64,000 bases of DNA from Amphiscolops sp. MND2022 (Eukaryota). Of this stretch, positions 63,887 through 64,000 are shown piece by piece. Below the pieces are notes generated by a model, which had not been told where the DNA came from, did no database searches, and was given only the letters and a program-made list of their open reading frames with translations. The stretch lies in NCBI GenBank assembly GCA_964187785.1, contig OZ076409.1, forward strand, positions 22,198,001 to 22,262,000, in the 5' to 3' direction. Position 1 is the stretch's first letter. Each line of letters starts with the position of its first letter. The translations under genes and the position numbers were made by a program.

Positions 63887-64000
63887 AACAAGACGGGACT
63901 GTCTAGAGTCGGCGCTATGTCTAAGGTTCAGAAAGCGCAGTTTATAAAATTAGCGTAGGACGTTTCATGAAAAACTGCTGTTTCCGAACCCTGCCTCCTC
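63887..64000 (-). mobile_element. 3' end of a DINE-1/Helentron-like repeat running off the window
   Basis: AACAAGACGGGACTGTCTAGAGTCGGCGCTATGTCTAAGG. Confidence 0.7.

Overview
AT-rich eukaryotic (probably invertebrate animal; organism not determinable from the sequence) genomic DNA made mostly of transposable elements, with a 200-N gap at 14218-14417. Two host genes are supported, both on the + strand. One is a small two-TM protein (37864-39369, one intron, donor uncertain). The other is a 325-aa LRR single-pass receptor-like protein (exons 43242-43471 and 53834-54581) whose 10.4-kb intron holds a complete BEL/Pao LTR retrotransposon with a GTGCC target-site duplication (TSD). The rest comprises degenerate Ty3/Gypsy elements, a 1.5-kb solo LTR containing an ORF, a decayed MULE, a probable hAT relic, Penelope-like fragments, many MITEs, a satellite array growing inside a TIR element, about 9 copies of a DINE-1/Helentron-like repeat, and three spacer-less palindromes. 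The most striking object is at 59610-60825. It looks like a 320-bp satellite but resolves into a tandem TRIM mini-retrotransposon: 4 LTRs, three 63-bp internal domains, a GACAT TSD, a copia-type half-tRNAiMet PBS and a PPT. Each LTR carries an 89-nt tRNA-like Pol III module, which makes it a possible animal analogue of plant Cassandra elements. All calls were made by eye, without database searches.
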